64,000 nt of DNA from Okamejei kenojei (taxonomy: Eukaryota). This document shows positions 1 to 12,110 of the stretch, piece by piece. The DNA lies in assembly GCA_035221665.1 (NCBI GenBank), contig CM069152.1:26536001-26600000 (forward strand), given 5' to 3'. The notes under the pieces were generated by a model. That model made no database searches. It was given only the letters and a program-made list of their open reading frames with translations, and was not told where the DNA came from. Position 1 is the stretch's first letter. Every line of letters begins with the position of its first letter. The translations under genes were made by a program, and so were the position numbers.

Positions 1-1084
1 TTTGGAGCAGCAATGGAAGAAAATGGGCTATGGAGAAATGTAACTAGAATATTGGGAGAAAGTGCAGCAGTCCAACTACATCATAACAGAAAAAGATAGA
101 TTAAAGATTTTTGGCTGCAGTGTGGATCACTATCCATTTTGATTGGGGTTAGATGTTCAAAATGTTAAACTCAAGCCTGAAATACAATGATCTACACAAT
201 ATTAATCCAGCTTTTCCTGCTAGGCTCATCATCATTTGTCATCATCACATATACAAATTAAAATGCAAAACATTAAATAGAAGAGGGAAGGAGGGAGAAT
301 ATCCTCTGGCTTTTATGTCAAAAATGTAAATTAGTCCCATCACCTTTCAACCAACTCTTAATTAGGTTGAAATAAAAAGTTATGGGAAGGGGGGGGGGGG
401 GTAGGAAAGAAAGTTTTGCAAATGCAACAGTGAATAGGAAAGAAATTAAAAAATATACATCCCTGAGAGAAAACAATTGAGTAGGTAGAGGTGATCGATG
501 TATGTATGGCTTCCATCGCCGATGCCAAAACAAAGTATGCTTTAGCTTATCACCAGTTACAAAAACCATGAGCTAGTTGCTGCCTGAACACTCAAAGCTT
601 GCACAAACAACCTTTGGAGTCTTATTCCTCAACAAACAGAACAATGAGTAATACATTTACAAGATTTCTTCAACAATAATTTTTCACTAAACATTAAACG
701 TCAAATGGAATAAATTTTCTGCTTAAATAGTGCACAAGCTGGTAGATGAAAATGTCTGATGCATCAGGATTTTGGAAGGCAACAGCATTTTCCAACAAAG
801 AATAAACCCTAAAAAAACCTTTCTCTCTTCTAAACGTTTAGTAACAAGAGCAGCTGTAAAATGCTGTATTCTTTCATAAATCATAGCTTCTGTCCCACCA
901 TTATCTATATAAAATAGGAGTGTTTTTACAATTTGAAGAGCATAAATAACTGATATTATAAGGATAACTGTTGAGACAGTAGCTTGTGTGGAAGGCATGA
1001 TTGTATATATAATGTCAATCTAGAATAGCATCTGTCGGTTTCCATTTCACATCTTGTACAGGAACTGCATTTGTTACCCGTGCA
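1..1084 (-). other. Probable 3' UTR / downstream flank of BAIAP2L1
   Basis: Follows the stop codon, repeat-poor, AU-rich with several minus-strand ATTTA pentamers. I saw no AATAAA/ATTAAA on the minus strand here, so the 3' end is undefined. Confidence 0.55.
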
Positions 1085-1157
1085 CTAAATCACGGGTGCC
1101 GATCTGTCATTTGTTACTGTTGGTCGGAGTTTTATAGTTGCAAAAGGATTTCCTCCG
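1085..1157 (-). CDS. BAIAP2L1: BAIAP2L1 last coding exon, WH2-like C-terminus and stop codon
   Basis: ttgttacag|C GGA GGA AAT CCT TTT... translates [23 protein letters not shown] (TAG at 1087-1085) vs human [24 protein letters not shown]. Confidence 0.97.
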
Positions 1158-1260
1158 CTGTAACAAAAGAGAAAGAATGAGTAGAAACAAGGAACCCCAG
1201 AGGGTGTTTTACAAAAAAAGACTGCTGGAGTAACCCAGCGGGTCAGGCAGCAAGCCTAAG

Positions 1261-1908
1261 TAACCATATAACCATATAACAATTACAGCACGGAAACAGG
1301 CCCTCTCGGCCCTTCCAGTCCGTGCCGACCATTTGTTTTTCCCTAGTCCCATCTACCTGCACTCAGACCATACCCCTCCATTCCCTTCACGTCCATATAC
1401 CTATCCACTTTACTCTTAAATGTTAAAATCGATCCTTCCTCCACCACTTCTGCTGGAAGCTGATTCCACACAGCCACCACCCTCTGAGTAAAGAAGTTCC
1501 CCCTCACGTTACCCCGAAACCTCTGTCCCTTAATTCTCATGTCATGCCCTCTTGTTTGAAACTTCCCTACCCTCAATGGGAAAAACGTATCCACGTCAAC
1601 TCTGTCTATCCCTTTCATCATTTTAAAGACCTCAATCAAGTCCCCCCTTAACCTTCTGCGCTCCAAAGAATAAAGACCTAACTTGTTCAACCTTTCTCTG
1701 TAACATAGTTGCTGGAACCCTGGCAACATTCTAGTAAACCTCCTCTGTACTCTCTCTATTTTGTTGACATCCTTCCTATAACTAGGCGACCAAAATTGTA
1801 CACCATACTCCAGAATTGGTCTTACCAATGCCTTGTACAATTTTAACATTACTTCCCTACTCCTATATTCAATGCTCTACATTACTTCCCTACTCCTATA
1901 TTCAATGC
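1261..1908 (-). mobile_element. Young 5'-truncated CR1-clade LINE (3' end of ORF2, 3' UTR, short tandem tail)
   Basis: Uninterrupted ORF 1343..1849 (LYKALVRPILEYGVQFWSP...RVQRRFTRMLPG...LERRRLRGDLIEVFK...FFTQRVVAVWN) typical of the CR1 ORF2 C-terminus. Tail (TATGGTTA)n at about 1261-1280. It adjoins a truncated Penelope-derived repeat at 1181-1252. Confidence 0.92.
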
Positions 1909-2269
1909 GCTGTGCAATGGTAAGTGTTTCCACCATCACCATGGAAGACCGCAAACATTCGCACAATACCATCAGGTGAGGACAAATTAATTGTATTTGG
2001 CCCCAATGTAAAATGACGCTATGTACCAAAAAAAGGGTTTTGCAAATATTAGATGTCTGGATTTCAGTGCTATTTTGTTATTTTTATGTCTACATTTTTT
2101 GGCAGCTACGTTCATGCAAGCAAAGGGAATTGCTCTGAAAGAGATATTCAGCAGAGAGTTTGCTCATATCATAGTGGATGCTTCTAGTTTTGTTTTATTC
2201 ATATATATGAGAAAATTCAAAGAGGTAGCAAAGTTTTTTCAAACTGTGTATGTTGTATGAAAACAAAGC

Positions 2270-3115
2270 AGGAACTGTTTCAAAGCAGCAAACAATGTAC
2301 ACAGTGGGAAACCACACTGATAACATGGGCAACAAAGCACTCCAACAACTCTACTTTGTCCGAAGGTGGAGGAAATTAAGCATGAAGGTAGACACAAAGT
2401 GCTGGAGTAACTCAGCGGGTCAGGCAGCATCTCTGGAGAGAAAGGAAGGTTTCCTACCTGAAATGTCACCCATCCTTTCTTGCCAGAGATGCTGCCTGAC
2501 TCAGTAACTCCAGCAGTTTGTGTCTATCATCGGTAAAAAGCAGCATCTACAGTTCCTTCCTACACAGGAAATTCAGCAGGTCCTTGATGATTCTTACCAA
2601 CAGATGCACCACAGAAAACATCCCATCTGGATGCATCACCGCTTGATATGACAACTGCTCGATTCAAGAGCACAAGAAACTACAGGGAACAATGAAGGCT
2701 GTGGACCAGCCTCCACACTATTCACTCCGTCGAAAATTGTCACTGCCTTTGGAAAGCAGCTAACATAATCACGGACCACTCCCACCCCAGTCATTCTCCC
2801 TTCCCCTGCTGGGCAGAGGATGCAAAAGCATGAAAGCACGTTCCACCAGATTGAAGACTTTCGGTCCTGCTGTTATCAGAATCTTGAACAGTCCTCTCAA
2901 ACATCAAGAATTATTTATCTGCCAATCTACCTCGCTGAAGCCCTTGCACTCTTTTTAAAATCCGCACCCTCTCTAGCTGTAACACTGCATACTACATCAT
3001 ATGTTTTTCTTTTGCATAACCTTGATGTATGTATGTACTGCTGTGTGGTATCATCTGCCTAAATGTAATGCAAAACACTGTATCTTGGTACATGTGACAA
3101 TAGTAATAAACCAAA
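2270..3115 (+). mobile_element. Degenerate Rex1/Babar-like LINE 3' fragment, interrupted by a fold-back repeat
   Basis: KALQQLYFVRRWRK resembles the KAHQRLYFLRRLRR motif of the 39-40 kb element. 3' end gtacatgtgacaata...ataaacc. Confidence 0.6.
2386..2565. mobile_element. Penelope-like pLTR-derived fold-back repeat
   Basis: Inverted arms gacacaaagtgctggagtaactcagcgggtcaggcagcatctctgg / ccagagatgctgcctgactcagtaactccagcagtttgtgtc. Flanked by aggaaattaagca (2370) and aggaaattcagca (2566). Confidence 0.75.
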
Positions 3116-3544
3116 TAGCACTCTAATTATGGCATGTAGATGGTCGACAAAGTTTGAAGTGCTGAGGGGTAAATCAGTTACTGCAGGACAACCCGCCTCT
3201 GACTTACTCTTGCAGCCAGTTCTTGTATGGCTGCTCCAGGTGCATTTTTGGCTCCAAGAGGTTGATGGTAAGGGATCAACAATGGTAAATATGTTGAATG
3301 TCAATGTCAATGTCAAGGGAAGTATTAGGTTCTCTCTAATGGGAAAGTTCCTTTGCCTCATGATATAGTAGTACAAAATGTTACACGTCATTCATCGGGT
3401 CATGCCTAAACAAGGAGCCAGTATGCAGCAAGATTCCCTCAGGTTGCCTCACGAAATGTGGAGCTGCAAATATCATCCCACATCTAACCTATTTACAGGG
3501 AAGAAGTCATTGGTGACGCAGTGTGGATTGGTTATACTGAGAAC

Positions 3545-3853
3545 GGTGGCAGCATGGTGGTGCACCGGTAGAGCTGCTGCCTTGCTTTAACAGAGACCCA
3601 TGTTCAATCCTAACAATGGGTGCTGTCTATACAGAGTTTGTATGTTCTCCCCATGACCGCGTGGGTCTTCTCCGGGTTCTCCAGTTACCTCCCACACTCC
3701 AAAGACGTACAGCTTTGTAGGGTAATTGGCTTTGGTAAAATTGTAAATTGTTCCGCGTGTGTAAGATAGTGCTAGTGTACAGGGTGATCAGTGGTCAGCA
3801 CTGACATGGTGGGCTGAAGGGCCTGTTTCCACACTGCATCTCTAAAGTAAAGT
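3545..3853 (+). mobile_element. tRNA-derived V-SINE (HE1-like) with CR1-type tail
   Basis: Degenerate A/B boxes, V-domain gagtttgtatgttctcccc...gtgggtcttctccggg...cctcccacactccaaagac, tail gggcctgtttccacactgcatctctaaagtaaag. Confidence 0.85.
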
Positions 3854-4842
3854 CTGTGTTTGTTATATCGAGAGGTCCTGTAGAAATAAACAATAAAGGT
3901 ATTTAAAAATACTTCTGTTATTTCCATGGGGGTGTGACACACTCTGCTTTCTTCCTGTTCAGTTATGTTGTGAATCAGGAGATGCTCGTGGCTTGATTAG
4001 TTCTGTTGAAAGCAATGTTGGCACTGCATTTAAACAGGTTAGTTAGAGCAAATCAAAATACACTTTCAACACCCAGCGGGTCAGGCAGCATGCATGGAAA
4101 GGGAAATAGAACATTTCAAGTTGAATATCATTCAATAGAACTAGAAGAGAGTAAAAGTTTGTTTTAAGTTGCAGAGAAGGTGGGGGAGGACAAAGGGTTG
4201 GGGTGGATAGGTCAAAGGGATTATTTAACAAGGGGAATGTGGGCCAAACATAGGCAAATGGGACTAGCTTACACGAGGTATCTTGGTTGGCATTGACAAT
4301 TGGGCCAAAAGACCTGTTTCTGTGCTGTATGATTCTGTCTCTCTCTATCTTGTTAGGTTTTGGCTAGTGTTGGTTTTTTTAATGCACTGCACAAAGTATC
4401 ACTCATTCCATATTTGTTTTCTCCAAAGAAGGGACACAGTGAGTATCAAATGCCGCTGATTCAGTCTGCAGCGACAATCCCAAGCTTTTTGTTGCCTGTC
4501 ACTACTCTCCATCCCATTCCCACTCTGACCCACACCTTTAACCTACGACGCTGTTGTAACAAAGCCCAAAGCAAGCTTGAGGACAGAACCTCATCTTCTG
4601 TCTGGGCACCTACCAGCATAATACCGAATTTTCCATTTCAACCAACATTCTCTCTGCAACTTAAAAGTTATTTTGAACTGAAACTTTAATTAAAAAAATT
4701 ATTTTGAATCTTTGACTCTTATGCTTCCCGACTTGCCGGCATTGTGGCTTTGTGGTAGATTTCTAGCATTTGATTTTCATCATATGCTATTGTTGAGCAC
4801 ACGCTACTGGGAAGATTATGAAGTTGTAGCAATATCTCTTAC

Positions 4843-4883
4843 CTGAGGAAAGGTGGCTTCATAGTGCCATTCACTTCTGAACT
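4843..4883 (-). CDS. BAIAP2L1: BAIAP2L1 coding exon (exon 13 equivalent)
   Basis: 41 nt, ccttttcag|AGTTCA...CCTCAG|gtaaga. Translates SSEVNGTMKPPFL(S) vs human NDANGTAKPPFLS. Phase 0/2. Confidence 0.9.
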
Positions 4884-5990
4884 CTGAAAAGGAAATGTAA
4901 ATTTCATAATGCACAGGTAATAAAATAATATTAAAATATCTAAGCTTAATTACATTAAATTTACCATTCAGGGTTTTCTGATCGTAATGCATTGTAGACA
5001 TTGTACTGTGTTTATTCAGTAGAATACATTTCAAAGTATATGTAGGCCATTCAGTACCAAGGTGAGAATACTTTCTGACTACAGTGAGTTAATGGATTCA
5101 GAGTATATGCAAGACAAGGACTGACTTTAAAAAAAAAACATTAACCAGAAAATGGCTGAATAGTCTAATTTCTGTTCCTAACTCAAATACATGGACTATG
5201 ATCCCATCTGGCAACCTTTGCTAAATTCCAACAAATGGTAAAATTATAGATCTTTCCATAAATTTACGTCCAGTTAAAATTATAATTATAATTTGACCAC
5301 CTTTGCCAGTGGTGGGAAACTCTGATCTTAACCTACAGATAACTTTGATTTAACAATGGTTAATCACCAGGAAGCCCTCATATGTCAGCCATTTAACATC
5401 AACTCTTGTTTCTCTCTATCAAGAGCCGACAGACCTGCTGACTGTAGCCATTTCCATTTTTATTTCACATGTTCAACATCTGCAGTTTTTGCTTTTTCTA
5501 ATCTAATAGAGCAGTGATAAGTAAAGTCAGATATAATTGAGGACATGCAATAAATTTCTGTTACTCGTCCAGGTTCTTTCTTCCTTACTTTTCAAAACAC
5601 TGCTACAATGGATCCGCAATACATATTCTGAAGCTGACAGTTCGGTTGGTGGTGATTCATAGATTGGGAGATATTAGAATTTAGCATTTCTGGGTTAGAA
5701 CTTTTTCTCCACGACTGAACCCAAGTGATCAGCAGTATTTTTTTTTCTTTAAGTATAGAATATTTTTAAAATGAACAAAATTAACACATGTTCAAATTTA
5801 AAAACTGTTTTATTTTATTTGGACACTACATTTATTGGTGAAAGGGGATCAAGTTCCTTCCTGTCGCTTAACAGAGGCTTAATGTTCCTGTCGTGCAATA
5901 CAAACCACAAACACACGATGGCAGTATTTAGTCAGAAAGTTGGCACAGAGAACAGCTGTTCCAAATAAACCGATTCTTTAAACATTATTT

Positions 5991-6287
5991 TAGAGATACA
6001 ACGCGGAAACAGGCCCTTCGACCCACTGAGTCCGCACCGACCAGCGATGACCCCGTACACTAATAGTAACCCACACACACTAGGGACAATTTTACAACTT
6101 GCCAAAGCCAATTAACCTACGAATCTGTACATCTTTGGAGTGTGGCAGGAAACCGGAGTACCTGGAGAAAACCCAAGCGGTCACAGGGAGAACTTCGAAC
6201 TACAAACTCCATACAGACAGCACCCGTAGTCTGGATTGAACCCAGGAATCTGGTGCTGTCAGACCACAACTCTACTGCTGCGCCAAC
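5991..6287 (-). mobile_element. HE1-like V-SINE
   Basis: Reverse complement of the same head/V-domain/tail structure as 3545-3853 and 30334-30635. Confidence 0.85.
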
Positions 6288-6299
6288 CTATTCCTCAAC

Positions 6300-6400
6300 T
6301 ATGAAATCTGATAAAGGGTCTTGACCCGAAATGCCACCTATTCCTTTACTCCAGAGATGCAGCCTGACCCGCTGAGTCACTCCAGCATTTTGTGTCTATG
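6300..6400 (+). mobile_element. Penelope-like pLTR fragment with degenerate hammerhead-like core
   Basis: ctgataaagggtcttgacccgaaatgccacctattcc...ccagagatgcagcctgacccgctgagtcactccagc. Confidence 0.7.
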
Positions 6401-6659
6401 TTTCTTAACTATGAAATGTGGATACAAGGAACTGTAGATGTTGATTTACAAAAACATTGTCCTTAACAATGAAAACATTTAAAAAAAAATGGTACAATAC
6501 TCTAAGTTCCACCTTTCCACACCAATGTTAAAAAAAAAAGCAAGTGCAGAAAAAAATAAAATTAAAATTCTGGAAAGAAAAACATCAACACGAGAGACAA
6601 ACTAGCAGGCAATAGATCTAAAAACAAACAAAAAATAAAGTTTACCCTGAACAAAAACA

Positions 6660-8640
6660 GAAAAAGGATCTAGTTGTTATGGTCCACATTGACACTAACA
6701 ACACAAGCAGAACTGGGAAGGATATTTTGCAAAGGGATTACGAGTGGCTTGGGCAAAATTGAAAGGCAGAACCATGAAGGTCATTACATAGCCACGTGCA
6801 AATTGGTTGAGGGTAAATAAGATTGCAGAAGTAAAGTTATGGCTCAAAGGTTGGTGTGAGAGAAGTCATTTCTGGCTCATGAGGTACTGAGGGAGGATGA
6901 ATAGAGCTGCTCTGCTGGGATGAGTTTTATTTACACCGTGCTGAGAATAATGTTATGGGAAATCGCATAACCAAGATCATAGACATAACTTCAAACTAAC
7001 TAGGTAGAACGGTTCAAGTAATGGGAAGTTTATGGAATTAAACACTAATTAAGTAATGAAGAGGCGAGTTAAAATCAAAGGAAGGGGCAGAAAGTATGCA
7101 ACAGAAATGATATCCAAATAACTTTAAATTGTTAAAGTCAAAGCTCAAGGTTCTTTATCTGAATACACTCTGCATTTGTAACAAGACAAATGAAGTAACA
7201 GCACTAACAGAGATAAGTATATGTGTACTTATATCGGGACGTCACGTTAGAGTTGTTTAAGCCGTTGGTCGGAGCAAATTTGAAGTCCTGTGTACGCTCC
7301 TGGTCATCCTGCTACAGGAAGAATATCATTAACTGGAAGTGGTGCAAAAGATTTGATGTTACCAATGTTTTAAGGTTTGAGTTACAAGGATAGGCAAGGA
7401 CTTAGCCTTTTTTCCTCTGAAACGTAGGAGGCTGAGGGGTGACCTTATAGATGTATACAAAATCACGAGGGACATAGATAAGGTGAATAACAGTCCTTTA
7501 CCCAGAATAGGCGAGTCTAAAATCAGAGGGCATAGGTTTAAGGTGAGAGGGGAAAGGTTTAAAAGGAATCTGTGGGTCAACTGTTTCCACACAGAGGGTG
7601 GTATGCTTATGGAACGTGCTGCCAGAGAAAGTGGTAGAAGCAGGTACAATTACAACATTTAAAAGATACTTGAACAGGTATATGGATAGGAAAGGTTTAG
7701 GGATAGGGGCCAGTTCAGGCAAGTGGGACTAGCTCAGTCAGGCAACTTGTTCGGCATGGACGAGTTGGTCTGAAGGGCTTGTTTCATGCTGTACATGCAC
7801 TTAACGTCTCTACATGTTAGATAGCTATTACAGGAATATAGTTGTGGGGTGACCAGAACTGGGAACACAATATTGCAGATTTTTCAATGTTCCAATAGGC
7901 AACAACAGAAAGGAGGTGTGTGGCATTGTTAATCAAGGAAGGTATTAGTGAAGATGCGAGTTATGATATAGATGCAGTGGATTGTTATGTGGAATCTGAG
8001 GAGTGAAATAAAAGATAGCAGGTAAAGGCAGACTGGTGGGAGTGGTATATTGCCCCCCAATGTGTTGCCTCATAATAGGCAGAAGTATAAATGGCATGTC
8101 AGAAGGGAACAGCAATTAACACAAGCAATTTTAATCTGCATATTAATTGGATTTATCAAACAATCAATTGCACCAGGTCTGTTTTTAGAGCAACAGTGTA
8201 TATTATACTCTGGAACAGGCTATTTTAGAGTTTGTCATGTGCAATGAGGTAGGATTAATGAGAGAGTTTGTAGTAATGTTCCTATGGGAGAAGTAATCAT
8301 ATGAGAGAAATAAATATATATAGTTTGAGGGTGAATACCTTGGGTCCAACTCTAGTGTCCTCAACTTAAAGGCAATTACAAAGGCATGGAGAAACAGTTA
8401 TCTAAAATATACTGGGGTTGAAAGGGAAGGTCAGAAGATGAGCAGTGGTACATAGTTCATAATGCTCGCCGGCAATTTATCCAAACCAGAAAGAGGGATT
8501 CAATTGATGGCAAAAGATTAAATTAAAAATTAAAGCAAACAATAATAAAAGTTATTGGACTGGGAATATTTCAGGAAAAGCTGTTAATATGGAGAACATG
8601 ATTAAGTGTAAATTGACATGATATCAAAACAAGCAGCAAG
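6660..8640 (+). mobile_element. Old degenerate CR1-like LINE (ORF1 esterase to ORF2 endonuclease region) with a nested younger CR1 3' end at about 7240-7795
   Basis: 6668 onward reads DLVVMVHIDTNNTSR, a degenerate SGNH esterase VHxGTND motif. The nested piece has aggctgaggggtgaccttatag...tttccacacagagggtgg...gggcttgtttcatgctgta. Confidence 0.65.
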
Positions 8641-9512
8641 ACATAGATATATATATATAAAGATGAAGAGGACGGTTTAGATAAGTGTGGAATTCCTTAA
8701 GGGTGCGACTGGGGAATTAATAGCAGGAGCAAAGACTTGGCAGATAAGCTTTTCAGCAACAAAGAGAGTGTAGAAAGGCTGAGTATTCCCCCTGTGGCAT
8801 GGAGGGGATAAGGGGACATCGGATTGAGGTACACATATGGTGAAAAGTGAAATGCTTGTCTCTTTACCAGAGGGAGATTGAAACTTGGAACTTTTTGCCC
8901 AAGGAGATGGAAGAGGCAAGTTCTGTCAACATTTAACAATATTTAAACGATGTGAAACAGCATGGCATAGAACGCCAAGGGGCGAAAGGTAACGTTTAGT
9001 ACATGGGGATTTGTAGGGTCTGCTTTTGTCCTTGTCAGTACACGATGACCTTCCAGCATAACTGGTCAGCTGAGACAGGAAAGATTGTTAGCCTGAAATT
9101 GCTGAATTCATTGTTGAGAGCTGAGGGCTGTAGAGTAACCTGATGGAACAAAGTACTTCCCCTCTGGCTTTTGTTGTGATTTGTTTGAACAATGCAAGAG
9201 ACGAAATGCAGGTCTCAGTAGAACTAGGAGGAGGAATTAAAGTAACATGGAAACCAGTGTGAATGGGTGATCGATGGTCAGCATGGTGGGCCGAAGGACC
9301 CGTTTCCACGCTGCAACTCTAAACTCTCTAACATGAAACTGGAAGTTCAAGGTCACCCCTGAAGACTAAAAGCAAGCGTTCTTGAAAGCAGTTAACTGAT
9401 CTGTGTTTGCTTTCTCCGCTGTGGAGGAGAACAGGAGAGCACAATAAATTGTATGTGCAAATGAATTGAAATGCTGATTAATTGGGAACAGTGAAATATT
9501 CCTGAAATATTC

Positions 9513-9617
9513 CTTTTCCTGAAATATTCCCAGTCCAATAACTTTTATTATTGTTTGCTTTAATTTTTAATTTAATCTTTTGCCATCAATTGAATCCCTA
9601 TTTCTGGTTTGGATAAA
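9513..9617. repeat. 105-bp inverted copy of 8476-8580
   Basis: Direct comparison: 104/105 identical to the reverse complement of 8476-8580. Confidence 0.95.
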
Positions 9618-9640
9618 GATCTGGAACAGTGGGAAGGTGT

Positions 9641-9766
9641 ATGGGAAGGAGAGTGACTGTTCATGGAGATAGCAGAATGAACCAGGGAGTTAAGGCATCT
9701 CTTATGGTTGCATGGGAAGGAGAGTGACTGTTCATGAAGATAACAGAATGAACCAGGGAGTTAAGG
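9641..9766. repeat. 55-bp direct repeat, period 71
   Basis: atgggaaggagagtgactgttcatgRagataRcagaatgaaccagggagttaagg at 9641-9695 and 9712-9766, 2 mismatches. Confidence 0.9.
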
Positions 9767-11869
9767 GGCATAACCATTCAGAATACTGAAAAGGTTGGGG
9801 AGAGAAGAACTGCTGACTGCCAGCTTCTTATCAAAGTGGTGGCAATAACAGGGTATGATCCATAGTATGTGGAGCTGGTGAGGTGGAACATGAGGATGGA
9901 GAGAACTCCTGTTTAGCAGCTATGCGTCAGTAGAGAAATCCATTCCTTAGGGATCTCAGTGCAGCAGGGGTTGCACAAGGAATATACCATAGGAGATAAT
10001 CTGGTGTTAGTGGTTGTGTGAAAAACAGCAATTTATAGTGAATCGAAGAAAATCCCTACAACAATGTTTTTAATATGAATAGAATTCCTGGATTGGAGAG
10101 CCAACACAAAAAAGGGAACAATATTTCTATCATCAAAAAAATATCCCCACTCACAATAGCTTCCACCTTGTAAGCTAGGGGCACAAAATAAACCAGAGAA
10201 CTTTTGTTCTTGATTATTATTGAGTATTGATATTGGACGAAATGACCGCATGTTTAAGTAACCTATCAACAAGTTTGCAAACGAAACACAGCTAACCAAA
10301 GGAGGGCTGAGATGGTGAGAAGTGTACTTATAAAAACATACATCAATGAGTGACCTCCAGAAAGAGCTGGACATTTTAAGAAAAAAATTAATATGATATA
10401 GAAGTATGGCAACTGGCAAAAATATAATTGTTTTCAATATATTATTACTCTTTAAATTAAAATCTTACAAAATGGAAAATATATTTTTGGAAGGAACGCA
10501 AGGTCAAACTTTATACAAATTTGGTATTAGATAGATGTGTGTGTGTTTCCCCCCCCCCCCCCCCCACCCCCCCAAATAACTCTCATGAAACGTCATGATA
10601 GTGCAGCAAATTATTTCAGATGATAAAAAACACAGAATTTAATGCTTGGGGACATGAGCAACTGAGTATCTTGCCTCATACTCCATGCCTTCCCACATTA
10701 AACATTAACTAGTAGCCTTATAATATTGAAGACATTGGTTCTCATTTCAGACAGAATCACTCATACATGTCACATGAATCTTATGTAGGGCTGCAAGCAA
10801 GCTGCTGTGCCAAGCACTTATTTCAATTGCAATAAATCCTTCATAGATTTAGAAAACAATTACAGGCAAAGGACATGCTGATCCAAATATCAAGACTCCA
10901 AGTTCCACACTTAATTTATCGCCATCATTTAATGCACAAGTTGCAGTTTTTACACATTGGCTTTTTAACACCTTTTTAAGCATTGCATTTTTTTTTGCAT
11001 TAACTTCCTAGCATTTATAATATTAATTATAAATGCATCTCAAAACAATGCAAGGGTCTACCCAGTTCCAAAGATAGCTCACAGGTGTGCACTAAAGCTT
11101 GGAAATGCATTAAAATATGTAAATTTTAATTTAGCTAAAGCAGTATGCTCAGGGCAACTACTCTTGGGGATCCTACTATTTATGGCAATGTTATCAGAAG
11201 GCATTTCTAGGTCATACTCAGCACAATCTAATTCTATATACCTTTCCTCATACATCTCAGCTCAAGCCTCAACAAAACACATTCTAGACCAGTGAAAAAT
11301 CTTGAATTTTGTACACTAGTCATTCTTGGGCTTAATAGATGAACAAATCTTGTCAACTGCACTCCAAATCAACTAATCCCAAAGACTAGTTATCCCCACA
11401 CCACACTGGGTATCATTTTATATCACATGCAAAAACAACTTAAATGGCTCAGTAAACAAGAATTAGCATAGGGCGAGTGGTGCAAATCAATTGAGATTTA
11501 ACGCAGAAGTGTAAGTTGGTAATATTTTCTGAACTATATATTTAAAACATAGAAAAGATTTCCCCCAACTCCACATCCCCGCCAGCCCTGGTCCTAAACT
11601 GAAAAATCACACAGATATTTAAAATATTACTTGACAAATTCATTTCCAAAGCTGGTCATTTTCTCCTGTCAAAATTCACATCCCTTTAAACACTTTTGCT
11701 TTTACCAGCATTTAGGAACCGTTCCTTACAATTAATACACACATTCTTCATTTGACCCTTTAAATAGCTATGTCTAATATGAACACCTGTATAATTTCAA
11801 ATTAAAGTCAGCATCTTGTTAATGGAAAAAAAGTAAACTATTCTGTTTATAAATATGCAAGTTAATATG

Positions 11870-12110
11870 ACCACGGATCAACTGGGAAAGTGATCCAAGG
11901 AACGACAGATGGAATTTAATTCTGACAAGTGTGAAATGTTGCACTTTGGGAAGTTAAACCAGGGCAAGATTTGTACAGTAAATAGCAAGGCATTGGAGAG
12001 AGTGTTTTAGAACAGAGATACCAAAGGGTGCTTGTACATAGATCCTTAAAAGCAGCAACACAGGTAGATAGAGTGGTGAAAGGCATACATTATTTAATTG
12101 GTCAGGGCAT
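11870..12110 (+). mobile_element. CR1-like LINE ORF2 fragment
   Basis: cagatggaatttaattctgacaagtgtgaaatgttgcactttggg reads QMEFNSDKCEMLHFG. Confidence 0.7.

Noticed and set aside
9485-9766. Short spaced direct repeats as a CRISPR-like array
   Set aside because: Only 2-3 irregular units in eukaryotic intronic DNA, explained by local duplication.
10548-10573. Long C or G homopolymers (also about 388-401 and 59573-59587) as functional G-quadruplexes
   Set aside because: Simple homopolymer tracts of uncertain assembled length with no supporting context.
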